Source: Octopus sinensis
Taxonomy: Eukaryota
DNA length: 64,000 bases
Assembly (NCBI RefSeq): GCF_006345805.1
Contig: NC_043006.1
Location: 12,958,001-13,022,000 of the forward strand
Direction of reading: 5' to 3'
Shown: piece by piece, positions 41,104 through 55,794 of the stretch
Numbering within the stretch: position 1 is the first letter of the stretch
Layout: each line of letters begins with the position of its first letter
The notes under the pieces: generated by a model
What the model was told of the DNA's origin: nothing
Database searches by the model: none
What the model saw: the letters and a program-made list of their open reading frames with translations, nothing else
Program-made: the position numbers and the translations under genes

Positions 41104-41780
41104 CAGGGTGTACGGCCTAAATTTGTTCGGATAAAATAAAATTGCTTTGAAAAATCAAAAAATATCGAATAGATTGTGTTGTGATAACGCTTTGCATAAA
41201 GTAGCCGCCCTCGGCTTCCACCACGGTCTGAAGATGACTCCGTAACCTGACACATACGTTAATCACTTAACCCTGATAAGAGCTTTGATTTTCATGGCAA
41301 GAAAGGTCTTAGTGTTGCAGACAGAGCGCTTGGTATCTTTCTCTGCCGCGCCCCACACATAAGAATCCATGGGATTAGGACGCCAGAAATTGGGACTAGT
41401 GAAGTCATACAATTTCTCTGACAACCTCGTCTGACTCCTTCTGGAAGTAAGGCAAGAATCCGGCTCCCGCCCCCATACATATGGCCTTCCAGCAGGAATC
41501 CACGTCAGCCCGGATTTGCTAGTCTCCAGCTGCTACATCTAGCCGTCTGAACTGAACTTAAGGTCCTGTTCTTCAGTTGTGGAATAAATTCCAGCGTGCA
41601 AATCCAGTCAGACCTCCTTCTGTGTCACTTCATGCTGCACGCAGCTCCGTATTATCCGTTAAAGTTGCACATATCACGAATTACGGTGTTTACGATGCTC
41701 ACAGAGTTTTTCGCATGAGTCATGATGTCAGCATCTTGACAGTCATCATGATACAGGTAACTCTTTCCCAATATTCAGAT
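41104..41780 (-). mobile_element. maT/DD37D-like Tc1-mariner remnant, internally deleted
   Basis: Minus-strand fragments HRRRSDWICTLEF, AGRPYVW, YDFTSPNFW.PNPMDSYVWGAAEKDT, VVEAEGGYF; terminus cagggtg at 41104. Confidence 0.75.
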
Positions 41781-41911
41781 GGCTTCCAGTCCTCCATGTC
41801 AGCTAAGTTTTTCTCAATTAAAATTTTTATCTCTATGCTCTCCAACGCTGTTGACCAATGCATCAAGCTCTTTTTGAAAAGAAAAAAAAAGACAAACAAT
41901 CGTCAAATATA

Positions 41912-42319
41912 GGCGCATGAGTGGCTGTGTGGTAGGTAGCTTGTTTACCAACCACATGGTTCCGGGTTCAGTCCCACTACGTGGCACCTTGGGCAAGTGT
42001 CTTCTACTATAGCCTCGGCCCGACCAAAGCCTTGTGAGTGGATTTGGTAGACGGAAACTGAAAGAAGCCCGTCGTATATATATATACATATATATGCGTG
42101 TGTGTGTTTGTGTGTCTGTGTTTGTCCTCCTAGCATTGCTTGACAACCGATGCTGGTGTGTTTATGTCCCCGTTACTTAGCGGTTCGGCAAAAGAGAACC
42201 GATAGAATAAGTACTGGGCTTACAAAAGAATAAGTCCCGGGGTCGAGTTGCTCGATTAAAGGTGGTGCTCCAGCATGGCCGCAGTCAAATGACTGAAACA
42301 AGTAAAGAAAAGAAAGAAT
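41912..42319 (+). mobile_element. Family D (OK-like) SINE
   Basis: Full head, internal microsatellite and tail. Confidence 0.92.
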
Positions 42320-42471
42320 AGTCCGAACACCCTGTATATGTAGCGTCTACATACGTATAGAAAGAGATATATGTAGAGAAACATATAAAGGCAAATAATT
42401 AAAAACCTAAACGACATACATGCTAACATATACACGTACACACACACACACGCATATATATATATATATAC

Positions 42472-42504
<33 letters not shown>

Positions 42505-42520
42505 ATATATATATATATAT

Positions 42521-42603
<83 letters not shown>

Positions 42604-43689
42604 TATATACACGTGTGTGTATGTATGTATCTCTGTGTGCATTTTTTATACCTTAAAGGTGTGTCAACAATGGAGGCTAAATGCACAAAATTCATTTAAA
42701 AGTTACTTCGAAGTGAATGTTCTTAAATTATTCGAAGCTTTGATTTAAATGTATTTTCTTTCTATTTAATTAATTTATATTATTTGCTGTACAAGTACGC
42801 TTTTATTTAAAGTATTCTTTATTTCTTTCTTTCTTTCTTTCTTTCTTTCTGTCTTTCTTTTGTTTTTTGGGAGGGGGTTGGGAATTATCTTGCCTTTGTT
42901 TGGTTTGGCTCTTCTCTTTGTGTCTGTCGTTTCTTCGTCAACTATTAACATTTATACGAAACATTTTCTGTGTCCTTCATCTAGTATTTTGATTAAAGCT
43001 GAGTTTATTGACAGTAAAAACCGGTTTCCGAGACAGACAATATACCCATTCACCAGCTAGTCAAATACGCCCCAATTGTCATACTCATGTTCCGTGTACC
43101 GAGGGATGCAGAACAATAGCAACGTATAAGCAGCGTCTGGAAAGGTTGCGGTTCTTGTTCGATTCACTTAATCTATTTGCACGAATGTTTTATATGAGAG
43201 AATCATAAACAATTCTCTTATGCTCTTTCAGAGCATAAAGTATTTTCTCATACATAAATAAATGGCCGGAAGATCGAAAAGAACAGCCAGACATGCCTGC
43301 AGTATAAACTAAAACAGTAAAGTGAAAACTAAAATAATTAATGCAGTATGTAAGACATAATTACTTAATTAAAATTACCTCAGTAATGAGAAAAAATAAT
43401 CATTGACTAAATAATTTAATCTGGTCGAAAGATCTAGAGAAATACAATATAACCCCCGGAATACTTAATACATTTGTAAGAGATCTATATTCACAGCATA
43501 TACCATTATACTTTAACAACTTTTGTGTCCTAATCAGTTTTTCTTACTAATCGCAATAAGATTTTTTATAAAATTTCTATTATTCCTTTCAAGTTTAAAT
43601 ATCAGTTGCAACTCTTAAAGCCATTTTAGTAATTTTCTCCAAATCTCTTCAATTCTAATGTACATGGTTAGTTACTGTTTCTGAATTCA

Positions 43690-43965
43690 ATTGTGCTCTG
43701 AGAGAAAAATATTGAGGAAGCTCGGAAGAGGAAAAGAGCTAAGTATCAGTAGTTAAGGACTACTGTAAGCATGAATGGAGAACAAGGTCTTTTCTGGTGG
43801 AGTTTGGCAATTAAGGATTTTCAGATTTTTTTTCTGAGTAAGCCCTTAATCTGGGAATTTCAGGAATTCACAAACGAAGAACCACGGAGAACAACGTAGA
43901 GGCTGCTGAGAAAAAGGTCCGGATGGTTCTAGACTGGGTCTGGATGAGGCTGTATATTGTAAGCA
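43690..43965 (+). mobile_element. 3' fragment of a Hero/NeSL-like RLE non-LTR retrotransposon
   Basis: EKNIEEARKRKRAKYQ..DYCKHEWRTRSFLVEFGN*GF..LGISGIHKRRTTENNVEAAEK, resembling EENIEEAHERK.AKY...GW....P.EVG.RGF..LGI.G..RR....EAAE.ASRW. Confidence 0.75.
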
Positions 43966-44506
43966 CTGAAACACCCAGTGAATTTACGATACTACAAAGT
44001 AGATGCATCCAAGTATTTCATCTGTAGATGTGAGCTGAACTGGCTTAGAAAATATATTTTCCCATTGGGAAGTATAACAAAAATTAGCTGCAAATGTAGA
44101 ATATCAACATGATTAATTTATCTAAAATGATCAGACATGTTTTATGCATTTGAAACATCTTAAACGTAGAAACACACAACAGTACGTTGGCTAATCCTTT
44201 ATTCTACGACCGATGACATTAATTTAGCTATATACTACTTTGTTAATTTGGGTTGGCTCGTTTTTAATTATACATCTAATGAATTTGTCTCCAGCGTCAC
44301 TTTTAGAACAAAGCGTAGTAATCAAGGTTTAATGTCTTATATTTGAATACGTTCCAGCAGCGTTTGTTGTGTTTGGACATTGTTCAAAAACAGGACAGAC
44401 GTTAGGATTGTAGTTGTAAGTAAGTTTTAAGTCTCAATAAGAAAGCTAGTGTTCAGAACCAATAAGAAAGCTGGCACCAGTACTTTAGTAACAAAAATAG
44501 ACATAG

Positions 44507-44644
44507 ACGTGTGGCAGATGTAGATGTGTGGTATGAAGTTTGTTTACGAACCACATAGTTCCGGGATCGGTCCTACTGCATGTCATTTTCAGCAAGTCTC
44601 TTCAGCTATAGCGTTGGGCCGACAGCAGCCTTCTGAGCAGATTT

Positions 44645-44650
<6 letters not shown>
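44507..44650 (+). mobile_element. Degenerate 5' part of a family D SINE
   Basis: gtgtggtatgaagtttgtttacgaaccacatagttccgggatcggtcc...gatttggta. Confidence 0.65.
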
Positions 44651-44678
<28 letters not shown>

Positions 44679-44696
44679 TATATATATATTATATAT

Positions 44697-44757
<61 letters not shown>

Positions 44758-45031
44758 CCTTTCATAAATCCCAAATTTTATTATGGTACTTATGGGAGCA
44801 ACTGTCATCGAAGACTTACATTGTCATTCAATGCTCGAAATGAGGAGTCGATAGACAGCTGACAACTGATAAAGGGTCATTCTTTATGTTGCTTGTCCTG
44901 TTTTCCATTTGTTTCTCTCGTTGTTTGCGTATTGACGCCATTTCTTTTTGTATTTTATGGTGTCTAGTGTTGGTGACGTCCTGTACCCATATATACATAC
45001 ATATATAGCTATATAAAGATATAATTGAAAT

Positions 45032-45065
<34 letters not shown>

Positions 45066-46100
45066 CACCCACCCACACAAACATATATATATGTATATAT
45101 ATGTATACATACATATATGTATATGCATATATATAAATAATTACAAAGTGGAAAATAACTTAGGTTAACCAGTACATCGATAGAACCACATTTTAAGCTT
45201 ATTTATTAATACAAAGCAAGGCTTAACAAAGCTAACATTGTCCTATCTCCCTTACCATTTTTTCCTTCCTTTCTTTTTCTTGTTTGTATATTAACAAACC
45301 TTTTGTAACGGCTTTAACTTGTTTTAAATTGTTATTGACCAATGTAGAAACCGCTGGACTTAGACCATTGTGTACCTTAGGAGAGATTATTGGTATTAAT
45401 TACCTGTGAGTAATTTTTTTATTTAGTAAACTACATCAAACTTTTAAACATTACTTAAGCTTACAGCGTTTAAGATAGGTTTCACCTTTGAGAATTATAT
45501 TATACAGAGCTCCTGGATAACCTCTTCCTTTGAAACTCTAACCCCACCTCTTAACTGTACTCTCCCGTTAATAACTTGTAGAATTCCCTAGGCCTATAAT
45601 AGCTCATTCTCTCATCCACTTTCTTTGAGCTGGGATGGTAAATAATTATGTGCACTTAACGTTCTGGGCTTATAGACTGTTTGTTTAAACCATGTTTATA
45701 TTCTATGCTCTTGTTTTTCACTCTGATGTAGATCAGTTGCCTTAATTCGAATGCCCTATGAGGATGAAGAATTTTATCCTCGCATTTATGTATAGACTGC
45801 ATCCTGGGAATTTTGATCAGAAACAGCTGTTAGCTTTGTAATGCCTTGCTTTGTATTAATGAAATAACTTCAAATGTGGTCCTATCGATGTACTGGTTAA
45901 CCTATGTTTTTCCCCATTTTTCTAATTTTTGCATTGCTTCCTGATAAACTTTTGTTTATCCTATGGCACCTATGCTCGATGTATATGGTGTCCTTGCACA
46001 CCATTGCCCGGGCATAACACAGGTAACGGATGTTGATAGTACATACGAATATTTTATCCCTTAGTCGGTTACTACAACTGCTAACTCTATTTATACATGC

Positions 46101-46131
<31 letters not shown>

Positions 46132-46155
46132 ATACACACACACATATATATATAT

Positions 46156-46186
<31 letters not shown>

Positions 46187-46257
46187 TATTATTTTATTAT
46201 TTGATTGAACTCACACGCATCATTTTCCAAGTACGTTTATCTTATATAAATATATAT

Positions 46258-46682
46258 TACTCTTTTACTCTTTTACTTGTTTCAGTCATGTGACTGTGGC
46301 CATGCTGGAGCACCGCCTTTAGTCGATCAAATCGACCCCAGGACTTATTCTTTGTAAGCCTAGTACTTAATTTATCGGTCTCTTTTTTGCCGAACCGCTA
46401 AGTTACGGGGACGTAAACACACCAGCATCGGTTGTCAAACGATGTTGGGAGGACAAACATAGACACACAAACACGCAAACACATACATACACATACACAT
46501 ACACATATATATACATATATACGACAGCCTTCTTTCAGTTTCCGTCTACCAAATCCACTCACAAGGCTTTGGTCGGCCCGAGGCTATAGTAGAAGACACT
46601 TACCCAAGGTGCCACGCAGTGGGACTGAACCCGGAACCATGTGGTTCGTAAGCAAGCTACTTACCACACAGCCACTCCTACG
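46258..46682 (-). mobile_element. Family D (OK-like) SINE
   Basis: Reverse complement of the full-length element. Confidence 0.92.
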
Positions 46683-46694
46683 GCTATTAGTTTA

Positions 46695-46758
<64 letters not shown>

Positions 46759-46776
46759 TATATATATATATATATA

Positions 46777-46838
<62 letters not shown>

Positions 46839-47480
46839 GATATCGAAATATTTAGATATATAGATATATAAGCTGGTGCCCCTGCATGGCCGCAGTCAAA
46901 TTGCTGAAGCAAGTGAAAAGGAAAGACATCTTTGATAGTAAAGCTTTTACTTCTAAAATACCGAATACATTTATTTGCTGACACGCAGTTTTTTTATAGA
47001 TGAAAACATTTAATATCAATTATATCAATTTTCTTAAACAGAACATTTCTTAAGAGTTGGAATTGCGAAATAATTTACCGATGTTTATTTCTGTTCTTTG
47101 TTGCTTTAAATGATTTCGATAAGAAATTACAAAATTAAATTTCTGAGTGATGTATATTTTGTATGATAGGCTTATTTATATTTCAAGTATTATCTAAAAC
47201 AATATTTGTTTTATAAGTTTGTTCTGTTTGTTTAGATTCGAGATATATTATTTTTATTACTATTTTTAATTTTTATTATTTATCTGTGTGTGTTTGTTTG
47301 CTTTTTCTTTAATTTCTGCATCAATTTCATTTCCGTTATGCGCTTATTTTTGTCTGAATTCCAGACAGGCAACTATCCTTAACATATTTGACTGCAAGGC
47401 AATATATAAAATGTTCACTTAAGAAAGAATTTCTCTTCTTAATGTAATTTTCATAATCATGACCGCAGTCTATCCATCTA

Positions 47481-47551
<71 letters not shown>

Positions 47552-47604
47552 ATATATATACACATATATATATATGTGCGTGTGTGTGTATATATATATA
47601 TGTG

Positions 47605-47657
<53 letters not shown>

Positions 47658-48243
47658 TATATATAACGAAAATGGAACGTTAAAACGATCTCTTCTGGAA
47701 CATTTTATATTCAACATGGAAATAGCATCTTCCCGGCATTCTGAAGTGGCATAAAATACCATTAAATCTGTATTAAACAGTTTTACTGAAACTTCCACTA
47801 ATTTTAAAATTGCAACTAAGACTACCACCACCACCACCAGTACTACTATTACTGCTATTGTTATGCCACTTGTCACGAGGCCATACATTTTTACAGAATG
47901 GGTAGCAGCCGATTTAATCGTCTTTCCGTTATGTTCCCGCAAACTGTTTTATTGACCCCAGAGACGGATGAAAGGTACAGTCAAAAACCAATTAGATTTG
48001 ATCGCAGAACATAAATATGTGTCGTAAAACTATGGAAGTTACTTCTCTGTTTTTTTTTTCGGCTTTCAGCTTATTCAACCCACCATTCATGCTGCTGCTA
48101 CTGCTACTGCTACTACTACTATTGCCGTTGCTGCTGTTGTTGCTATTGCCACTACCACTACTACTACTACTACTACTACATTTCCTACTGCTATTTAATC
48201 ACATGTAGCTAGTGTTCCAGCTTGACCTGTGACCGATGCCTAA

Positions 48244-48289
<46 letters not shown>

Positions 48290-48292
<3 letters not shown>

Positions 48293-48302
48293 ATATATAT
48301 AT

Positions 48303-48345
<43 letters not shown>

Positions 48346-48369
48346 TAGACATACGCGCGGGCTTCGTAT

Positions 48370-48404
<35 letters not shown>

Positions 48405-48412
48405 ATATATAT

Positions 48413-48459
<47 letters not shown>

Positions 48460-48497
48460 TAGACATACGCGCGGGCTTCGTATACACACACACACAC

Positions 48498-48500
<3 letters not shown>
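48290..48500. repeat. Tandem duplication of a ~120-bp compound microsatellite unit containing agacatacgcgcgggcttcgtatacac
   Basis: The motif occurs twice, at about 48347 and about 48461. Confidence 0.85.
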
Positions 48501-48555
<55 letters not shown>

Positions 48556-49884
48556 TGTATGTATGTATATACATATATATTGTACTACTGGAGGATCCCC
48601 GAAGTTTGAGAATGAAGATGCATTTGTCCGATATACTGAGTTACCTGCTTCTGAATTGGCATAGGGTTGCCTGATCATTTCAAAGGCATTTGTACCCTTA
48701 ACATTATGGTAAGAATTAGTGACATTGTCGAGTTGTTTTTTTTTTTATTTTCTTTGTTTGTTTTTTGTGTGCGTACGTGTGAGACATACTGTATGACAAA
48801 GTTTATACATTTCCAAATTACAGCTATAATTACCGACAGTTTCCTCTACACGTTCAGTCTATCCAGTTTCAGTCACAAAACATGGATCGAAACTACGCAA
48901 TAACAACATATGCCCAAATTGCAACGCACCATCATCGAACTAGAGACCTTAGGGTTGCGAAACGAACTCATTAACTATACAAGTCCATTGTAGAAGACGT
49001 TAAAAATCTGCGTCTAGCCCGTTCGCTATTATCCTCACCGCCATCTCCCACTTTACATGATTGATACGGGTTGTGAATCTAATGATGGTGATAGTAATTA
49101 CATCGTAATGTCTCTGTTGTTGACATAGCAACGCTCGGGTGAGATGAGAGAGTTAACATGCTTTTACCCAACTGCATTATTAGAAGAAAAGTGCACCACC
49201 TTCCAAGCTATTTTCTATCTCACGTTTTCTCTTTCTAATTTGTAAACATAAGCCCCCAACATTTTAAAATAAATATCTTTTTAAAGGCAACTTTGAAAAT
49301 TAGAATATGAGAATTTCGTTCGAAAAGAGACCAGAAAAAATAATGAACTAATGTCACATTCTATCACAAAACAAAGGAAAAAGAAATTATTTAAATTAGT
49401 AATGTCAACCATAAATATACAGGTGGAGTGATAAAATATCAGTTATTTTACTTCAATAAATAATTATTTCAAATGTTGGCACCATTTCAGTAATTTTCCG
49501 GGGCTATTCGATTATATCGACACCAGCGCTCAGCTGGTTCTTATTTCATCGACCCGGAAATCCTGATATAGATTAAGCAAATATAGATTAACCAACCACT
49601 TGAATGAAACGCTTGACGACATCGTTTACAGTTATCTAGTCTTTGACAACTGCAAGTATATTCCTAGTCACTATTCAGTTGGCAGCAATGCACACTGTGC
49701 AATATGTCAACACTTCAACTTGTCAACGGATAAGTGGACAATTATGTACAAAACTCGACATGTGTTACCTGTTCGGCCACATTCATTTTGAATATGTCTG
49801 TCTCGACAGACTTGATTAAAAAGTACATCTCCAAAGTCACAACAAAGAAATGGAACGAAATATTGCTACTCTCATAGATATTTT

Positions 49885-50278
49885 TTTCTTTTCTTTTACT
49901 TGTTTCAGTCATTTGACTGCGGCCATGCTGGAGCACCGCCTTTAGTCGAGCAAATCGACCCCGGGACTTATTCTTTGTAAGCCCAGTACTTATTCTATCG
50001 GTCTCTTTTTGCCGAACCGCTAGGTGATGGGGACGTAAACACACCAGCATCAGTTGTCAAGCAATGATAGGGGGACAAACACAGACACACAAACATATAC
50101 ATATATACATATATACGACAGGCTTCTTTCAGTTTCCGTCTACCAAATCCACTCACAAGGCATTGGTCGGCCCGAGGCTATAGTAGAAGACACTTGCCCA
50201 AGATGCCACGCAGCGGGACTGAACCCGGAACCATGTGGTTGATTAGCAAGCTACTTACCACACAGCCACTCCTGCGCC
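49885..50278 (-). mobile_element. Family D (OK-like) SINE
   Basis: Reverse complement of the full-length element. Confidence 0.92.
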
Positions 50279-50718
50279 TCAATTCTTTCTAAAACATTGC
50301 ACGAAGGAGGTGGTGAAACACTCAAAGTACACGATTTTTAAAATTACAAATAAGGAAGATGCGAAGCGTGGAAGTTACATTAGCGCCAATAGTATATGAG
50401 GGACTTTGTACGATGAAAATTAAAGATATTAACATAATTGGCAAATCATACTAAGGCTCTCAAAGTTTTATACAACCAATAAACAGCTCCTATATCCTAT
50501 TCAAGTAAGTTTATACTAGGCCACATAATACAGTCTATAAGATATCTCAATAACAACTCTGTACCATATGCAGTATTTATGAGCTTATTGTATTCTACTC
50601 AAGACATTGAGGCATTCAACGGTATACAAGGTCTAGTGACGTAGCCCTGCGTACTACTTAAGAGATTCTTAATTCAATAGGAAAACTCAAGCAGTACGCG
50701 CTCAGCACACAATATAGT

Positions 50719-51019
50719 GGAGGCACGTGGCCTAGTGGTTAGAGCAGCAGAATCGCGGTCGAGGGATCGTGGGTTCGAATCTTAGACCGGGCAATATGTG
50801 TGTTTATGAGCGAAACACCTGAGCTCCACGCAGCTCCGGCAGAAGGTAATGACGAACTTTCTGCTGACTCTTTCGCCACAACTTTCTCTCATTCTTTCCT
50901 CCTGCATGTTGCAGCTCACCTGCGATGGACTGGCGTCCCGTCAGAGTGGGGAACCTATACGCCAAGGTAACCGGGAAACCGGCCCTTATGAGCCAGGCAT
51001 GGCTCGAGAAGGAACAAAA
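50719..51019 (+). mobile_element. Family C (OR2-like) SINE
   Basis: Homologous to 31345-31640; TSD gcacaca(a/c)tata. Confidence 0.88.
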
Positions 51020-51462
51020 GCACACACTATATATCCATTCCAATAATCACCCATCAAAATAACACAATTCACACTACGCACACTCCTAAGATTCACAGCG
51101 AAACAATATTTAACTACCCATTGCTCTTATATAATATGAATGACACAATAATAGCATTGACATACTCAACTTAACATTCAACGCAGTTGTTAACTATTGA
51201 CATAACACAACCTATACATCGCGTAGCCAACGCAATCATCGATCAATCCTGCTACGTATTACATCAACCGCAAAGGTGTCCAGCGTACCATGTAATACGA
51301 CTGAACTTGAAACCATACGGTAATAGGGGGCAAACTATGTGATCACACAGTAATGATACACATACATTTAAGGTAAATCATTCTGCTCAAGGTATGAACC
51401 TACCATTGACAAACTGCTTGTACAGTGACATATCCATTCAGGTATTTAATCTCTATTTAAAA

Positions 51463-52057
51463 GGCGGCGAGCTGGCAGAATCGTTAGCACGCAAGGCGGA
51501 ATACTTAGCGGTATTTCGTCAGCCGTTACGTTCTGAGTTCAAATTCTGCCGAGGTCGACTTTGCCTTTCATCCTTTTGGGGTCGATAAATTAAGTACCAG
51601 TTACGCACTGGGATCGATATAATCGACTTAATCTGTATGTCTGTCCTTGTTTGTCCCCTCTGTGTTTAGCCCCTTGTGGGTAGTAAAGAAATAGATATTT
51701 CGTCTGCCGTTACGTTCTGAGTTCAAAATCTGTCGAGGTCGACTTTGCCTTTCATCCTTTCGCGGGCGATAAATTAAGTACGAGTTACGCACTGGGGTCG
51801 ATATAATCGACTTAATCCGTTTGTCTGTCCTTGTTTGTCCTCTCTATGTTTAACCCCTCGTGAGTAATAAAGAAATAGAAATTGGTATTTCGTCTGTCTT
51901 TACGTTCTGAGTTCAAAATCTGTCGAGGTCGACTTTGCCTTTCATCCTTTCGCGGTCGATAAATTAAGTACGAGTTACGCACTGGGGTCGATATAATCGA
52001 CTTAATCCGTTTGTTTGTCCTCTCTATGTTTAGCCCCTTGTGGGTAGTAAAGAAATA
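51463..52057 (+). mobile_element. Family A SINE trimer (one head plus three body units)
   Basis: 17-bp TSD ggtatttaa(t/c)ctctatt at 51441-51457 and 52058-52074. Confidence 0.92.
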
Positions 52058-53110
52058 GGTATTTAACCTCTATTCACTTTTTAAAAGATTTGGAAGTTAT
52101 TCCATTTTTCTCATTTTTTTTTAACACTTTTAAAACATTTGTTTAGTCAGGAGGAAGAGGGGCCTCTACAAGACATCCGAAATCGGCGGAAATGATATCA
52201 TTAATGTTTTACACTGGTTACTAGACATCAGGGCTAGTGTAGGTCCCAGTTGGAGGAGCGTTAGACAAAAGGGGAATAAATGGAGGGGAGACAAGTAGTT
52301 AGGGAAATAGCTGAATGGAAGTGGTATGAGACATCCGACGAAAATAAAAATTCATATTTTACATGTACTGATATAACAGATGAAACACGAAAATAACACC
52401 AGAAACAGCTAATTAAATCCCACGACATTGCAAAACCGTTATAGTTTATAAACACAATTTTTTTATTTCGCACAAACTTTACGCACGCAAGGGTGCACCC
52501 TGCGGTGCAGTAAAAACTCGTATAAAACTACTAAAAAGATAAACATAACGATGAAGTCTAATAATGATTTCATTTGCCGTCGTACAAGTTCTCTTTTTAT
52601 TTATATATTTTATTTTCTCAGAAGAAAATTGTATAGTTGATTCCTCTACAGGACCCGCTTTATTGATCTCAGGAGGACAAAAGTGCGGTAGGAAATTTCA
52701 CTATTTGAAGTGAAGTAGTGGAAAACGATATCAGAAAACATACAGTTCACCAAGTACAGTCTGTACAATGTCAACATAAACTATCTACGTGCAGTAACTA
52801 TGATAATAAATGGTGCTTAAACATAACCGGCTGCTTCGTTAAATTTCCTTGAAACAACAGAAGCCAGTAAGTGTCGTGTAGCAGCGATAACATTTTAACC
52901 AGTGAAAATCGATCCGGCCGCTGTTTGCTGTTTATTGACACAACGCTCTTCTCAGTAATCATACGTAAAGGAATACTCTGAGTTGAGTAGGTATGGATCA
53001 CCAGTTTCTTGAGAATAAATTAAGTCCATTAAATGTACTAACTGGATAATATTCTCTTGTTTCTATGTCCAAATGGCTATATATATATATATATATTATA
53101 TATAATATAT

Positions 53111-53144
<34 letters not shown>

Positions 53145-53148
53145 ATAT

Positions 53149-53192
<44 letters not shown>

Positions 53193-53219
53193 TACATATA
53201 CATATATATATACATATAC

Positions 53220-53253
<34 letters not shown>

Positions 53254-53393
53254 ATATATAAATGTATGTATATGCATACATACGCACATACATATGTGTG
53301 TTCGCGAGAATGTATGTATGTGTATATATGAGTATGTGTGTGTGTATAAAGCTTAAATGATGGAGAAATATTATGATGAATTCAATTTACCAG

Positions 53394-53470
53394 CTAGCTG
53401 AATTACCTGGCGTTGCTCGTATTAGTAAACAATATATATGAAGATATATTATTTTTCTCATAATTATTTT

Positions 53471-53515
<45 letters not shown>

Positions 53516-54125
53516 AATTGAAAAATATCCAAATTATAACGACAATAGAATTTAGAACTGAAAAATCTGTCAATCTTGAAGCATCTCATAATAAACAATA
53601 CTCATTGTGTAATTTTGTGTTGGTCTCCAACTCGTGATCAACCAACGTAGAGTTGGCCGTGGGAGAAGCGTGTAGTAGTGAGATGAAATCGAACTACTTT
53701 GAGAAATTGGCCCTTTGTAAATTGAAATACCAAAACTTAGTTTGACTGCAAACTGAAGCATCTTAAATTGAAATGGAACATGTGTAGGCAGGTGAGGAAA
53801 AGTTTGGAATAAAGGCATTTTATTCTTTGTGACTACCTGTTATTATATTTTGCGTGTAGAACACGGGGCTTCATGGAATTAAAAAAAATAACTAGTTCCA
53901 TTACACAGGGGAAGTGGGTCAAGATTGCTAAGTAACATAATGGAAGCATCCAGATTTAGTGTCAAGATATGCGGTGGCATCCCAGTGAGTTTAAGTGCGT
54001 TCAGAAATTCCACAGGGTATTGAACATCCTGACCTTGATCGACAGTTGTATGAATTGGTGGAAAAGTAAGTTTTGATGTATCTGTTAACTTTTTATGTTC
54101 ATGATTGAGTTTATCGACCAATTCA
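53394..54125 (-). mobile_element. Helitron remnant with decayed PIF1-family helicase C-terminus and 3' CTAG terminus
   Basis: YPVEFLNALKLTGMPPHILTLNLDASIMLLSNLDPLPLCNGT; FQFKMLQFAVKLSFGISIYKG; HGQLYVG*SRVG. The minus-strand 3' end cgagcaacgccagg...agCTAG at 53394-53420 resembles family H2. Confidence 0.9.
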
Positions 54126-54299
54126 TTACATGGAGCCAGTATAGCTAGTTCACATAGCCTGTTTATTTCAGGGTAATCGACAATCAGTCACACGCATATA
54201 CACTCACACGCATAAGCTCTCACATACACTGACACACACATACACTTTCACATATATTCACATACATATAGTAAGACAGACACAAAGCGACATACATTT

Positions 54300-54608
54300 A
54301 CGTATGAAGGCGCAAACACACACGTTCACAGACACAGTACACTCAATACAAAATGTGTCATGGTAATGGTGGTGGTGGTGGTGGTATTAAATGTCCTTTA
54401 CTATGTCGTACGTAACGAACACGCAAACACATACACTCTCACAGACACATATGCACTAATATCCAAAGTGTGTAGTAGTCATCGTGGTATAAAATGTCCG
54501 TTACTATGTCGTACTTAACGAAGGCGCAAACATCAACCGTGACAGACACATCTACACTCATATAAAAAATGTGACATCGTCCTCGTTATCGTGGTATAAA
54601 ATGTCGAC
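54300..54608. repeat. Degenerate ~103-bp minisatellite, about 3 copies
   Basis: Recurrent gtggtat.aaatgtc..ttactatgtcgtac.taacgaa..cgcaaaca...cacagacaca. Confidence 0.75.
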
Positions 54609-54945
54609 TAAAGTTGACACTCGCGGGGTGTAATACTATTACCTTGTAAAGTTTGAATTGATTTGGTGGGGCCGTTTGAGATTGGATAGGGAACAGAAAG
54701 TCATACAGACAAAGAATTTTAGCTCGTATTATCGCATTTAATAACAGAAAGTTACTTCCCCTTACTCTTTTCTCATGTATATTACTATACATTCTATATC
54801 GTTTGTACAATAACAAACCAAGGAGTCTTTTTATGAGTATTATCGGGTTACTTGAATACATATATCGTGACTTATATATATGTATGCATGTAGGTATACA
54901 CATTTATATACATGCACACACATACACTCACACACACACACACAT

Positions 54946-55028
<83 letters not shown>

Positions 55029-55713
55029 TACAAGTATGTGTGCATGTATGTATGTGCGTTGTGTGCAAGAGTTCAGGATTCAAGTGAATTATTTACTTAA
55101 ATGGTAAAACACCGAGTTGGGTTAAATAAAAGAAATCATGTAAATTACGAAAGAATAGAAACAAATACCTACATACCGATGTAAAGACAGTTTATTATTC
55201 CGGTTGTATATACGATTAACCGCACCCGACTGAGTATATCATGAGTCTCAAAGCTGTATTTAGGAACACACACTGCACGAATTATACTAAACTTAACAGA
55301 CTCTGGATCCACGCTACCAGTGGGTTCCGAATATGGCGAATAATAAATAAATAACAACGGATAGATAATGGTTCATTCATTACAGCTATTTCCAAAGAAT
55401 TTTTTAATTGATAAATAAAGATATTACACCAAGCGAAAGAAAAACGTGTTCCTCGGGTGAATATACACGAATCACACATTAAAAACATTACAAATATCAC
55501 CAGTTTGTGCCACTTCATGATTCCCAGACTAGCAATAGTTAAAAGATTTCTTTTAACTATTACTAGTCCGCTGGACTTTATTGACGCATAAACTTTGAGT
55601 GTCGTGGCTGTCTATTCTTAACTCTAAATGACCATTCTTGCTGATTTTTGCGAAAGTAGTTTTGGCCGAGGTGAACTCACTTGTAAATTTTTTTTAAAGT
55701 GGTTGTGTTGCAG

Positions 55714-55794
55714 ATACGACTGGAGAGGCTGAAGACAGAACCTTCATCTTTAGTCACGCCCTTACAAATTTTATGAAGTTTTACTTGAAAGAAG
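55714..55794 (+). CDS. Candidate internal coding exon, 81 nt, phase 1-1 (DTTGEAEDRTFIFSHALTNFMKFYLKEG), unverified
   Basis: Acceptor gttgtgttgcag|A and donor AAG|GTAAGA; a single open frame; symmetric length. No protein recognised. Confidence 0.4.

Noticed and set aside
45420-45800. Possible Penelope GIY-YIG C-terminus with a decayed hammerhead
   Set aside because: Only a vague resemblance (ELYYTELLDNLFL*N); not supportable.
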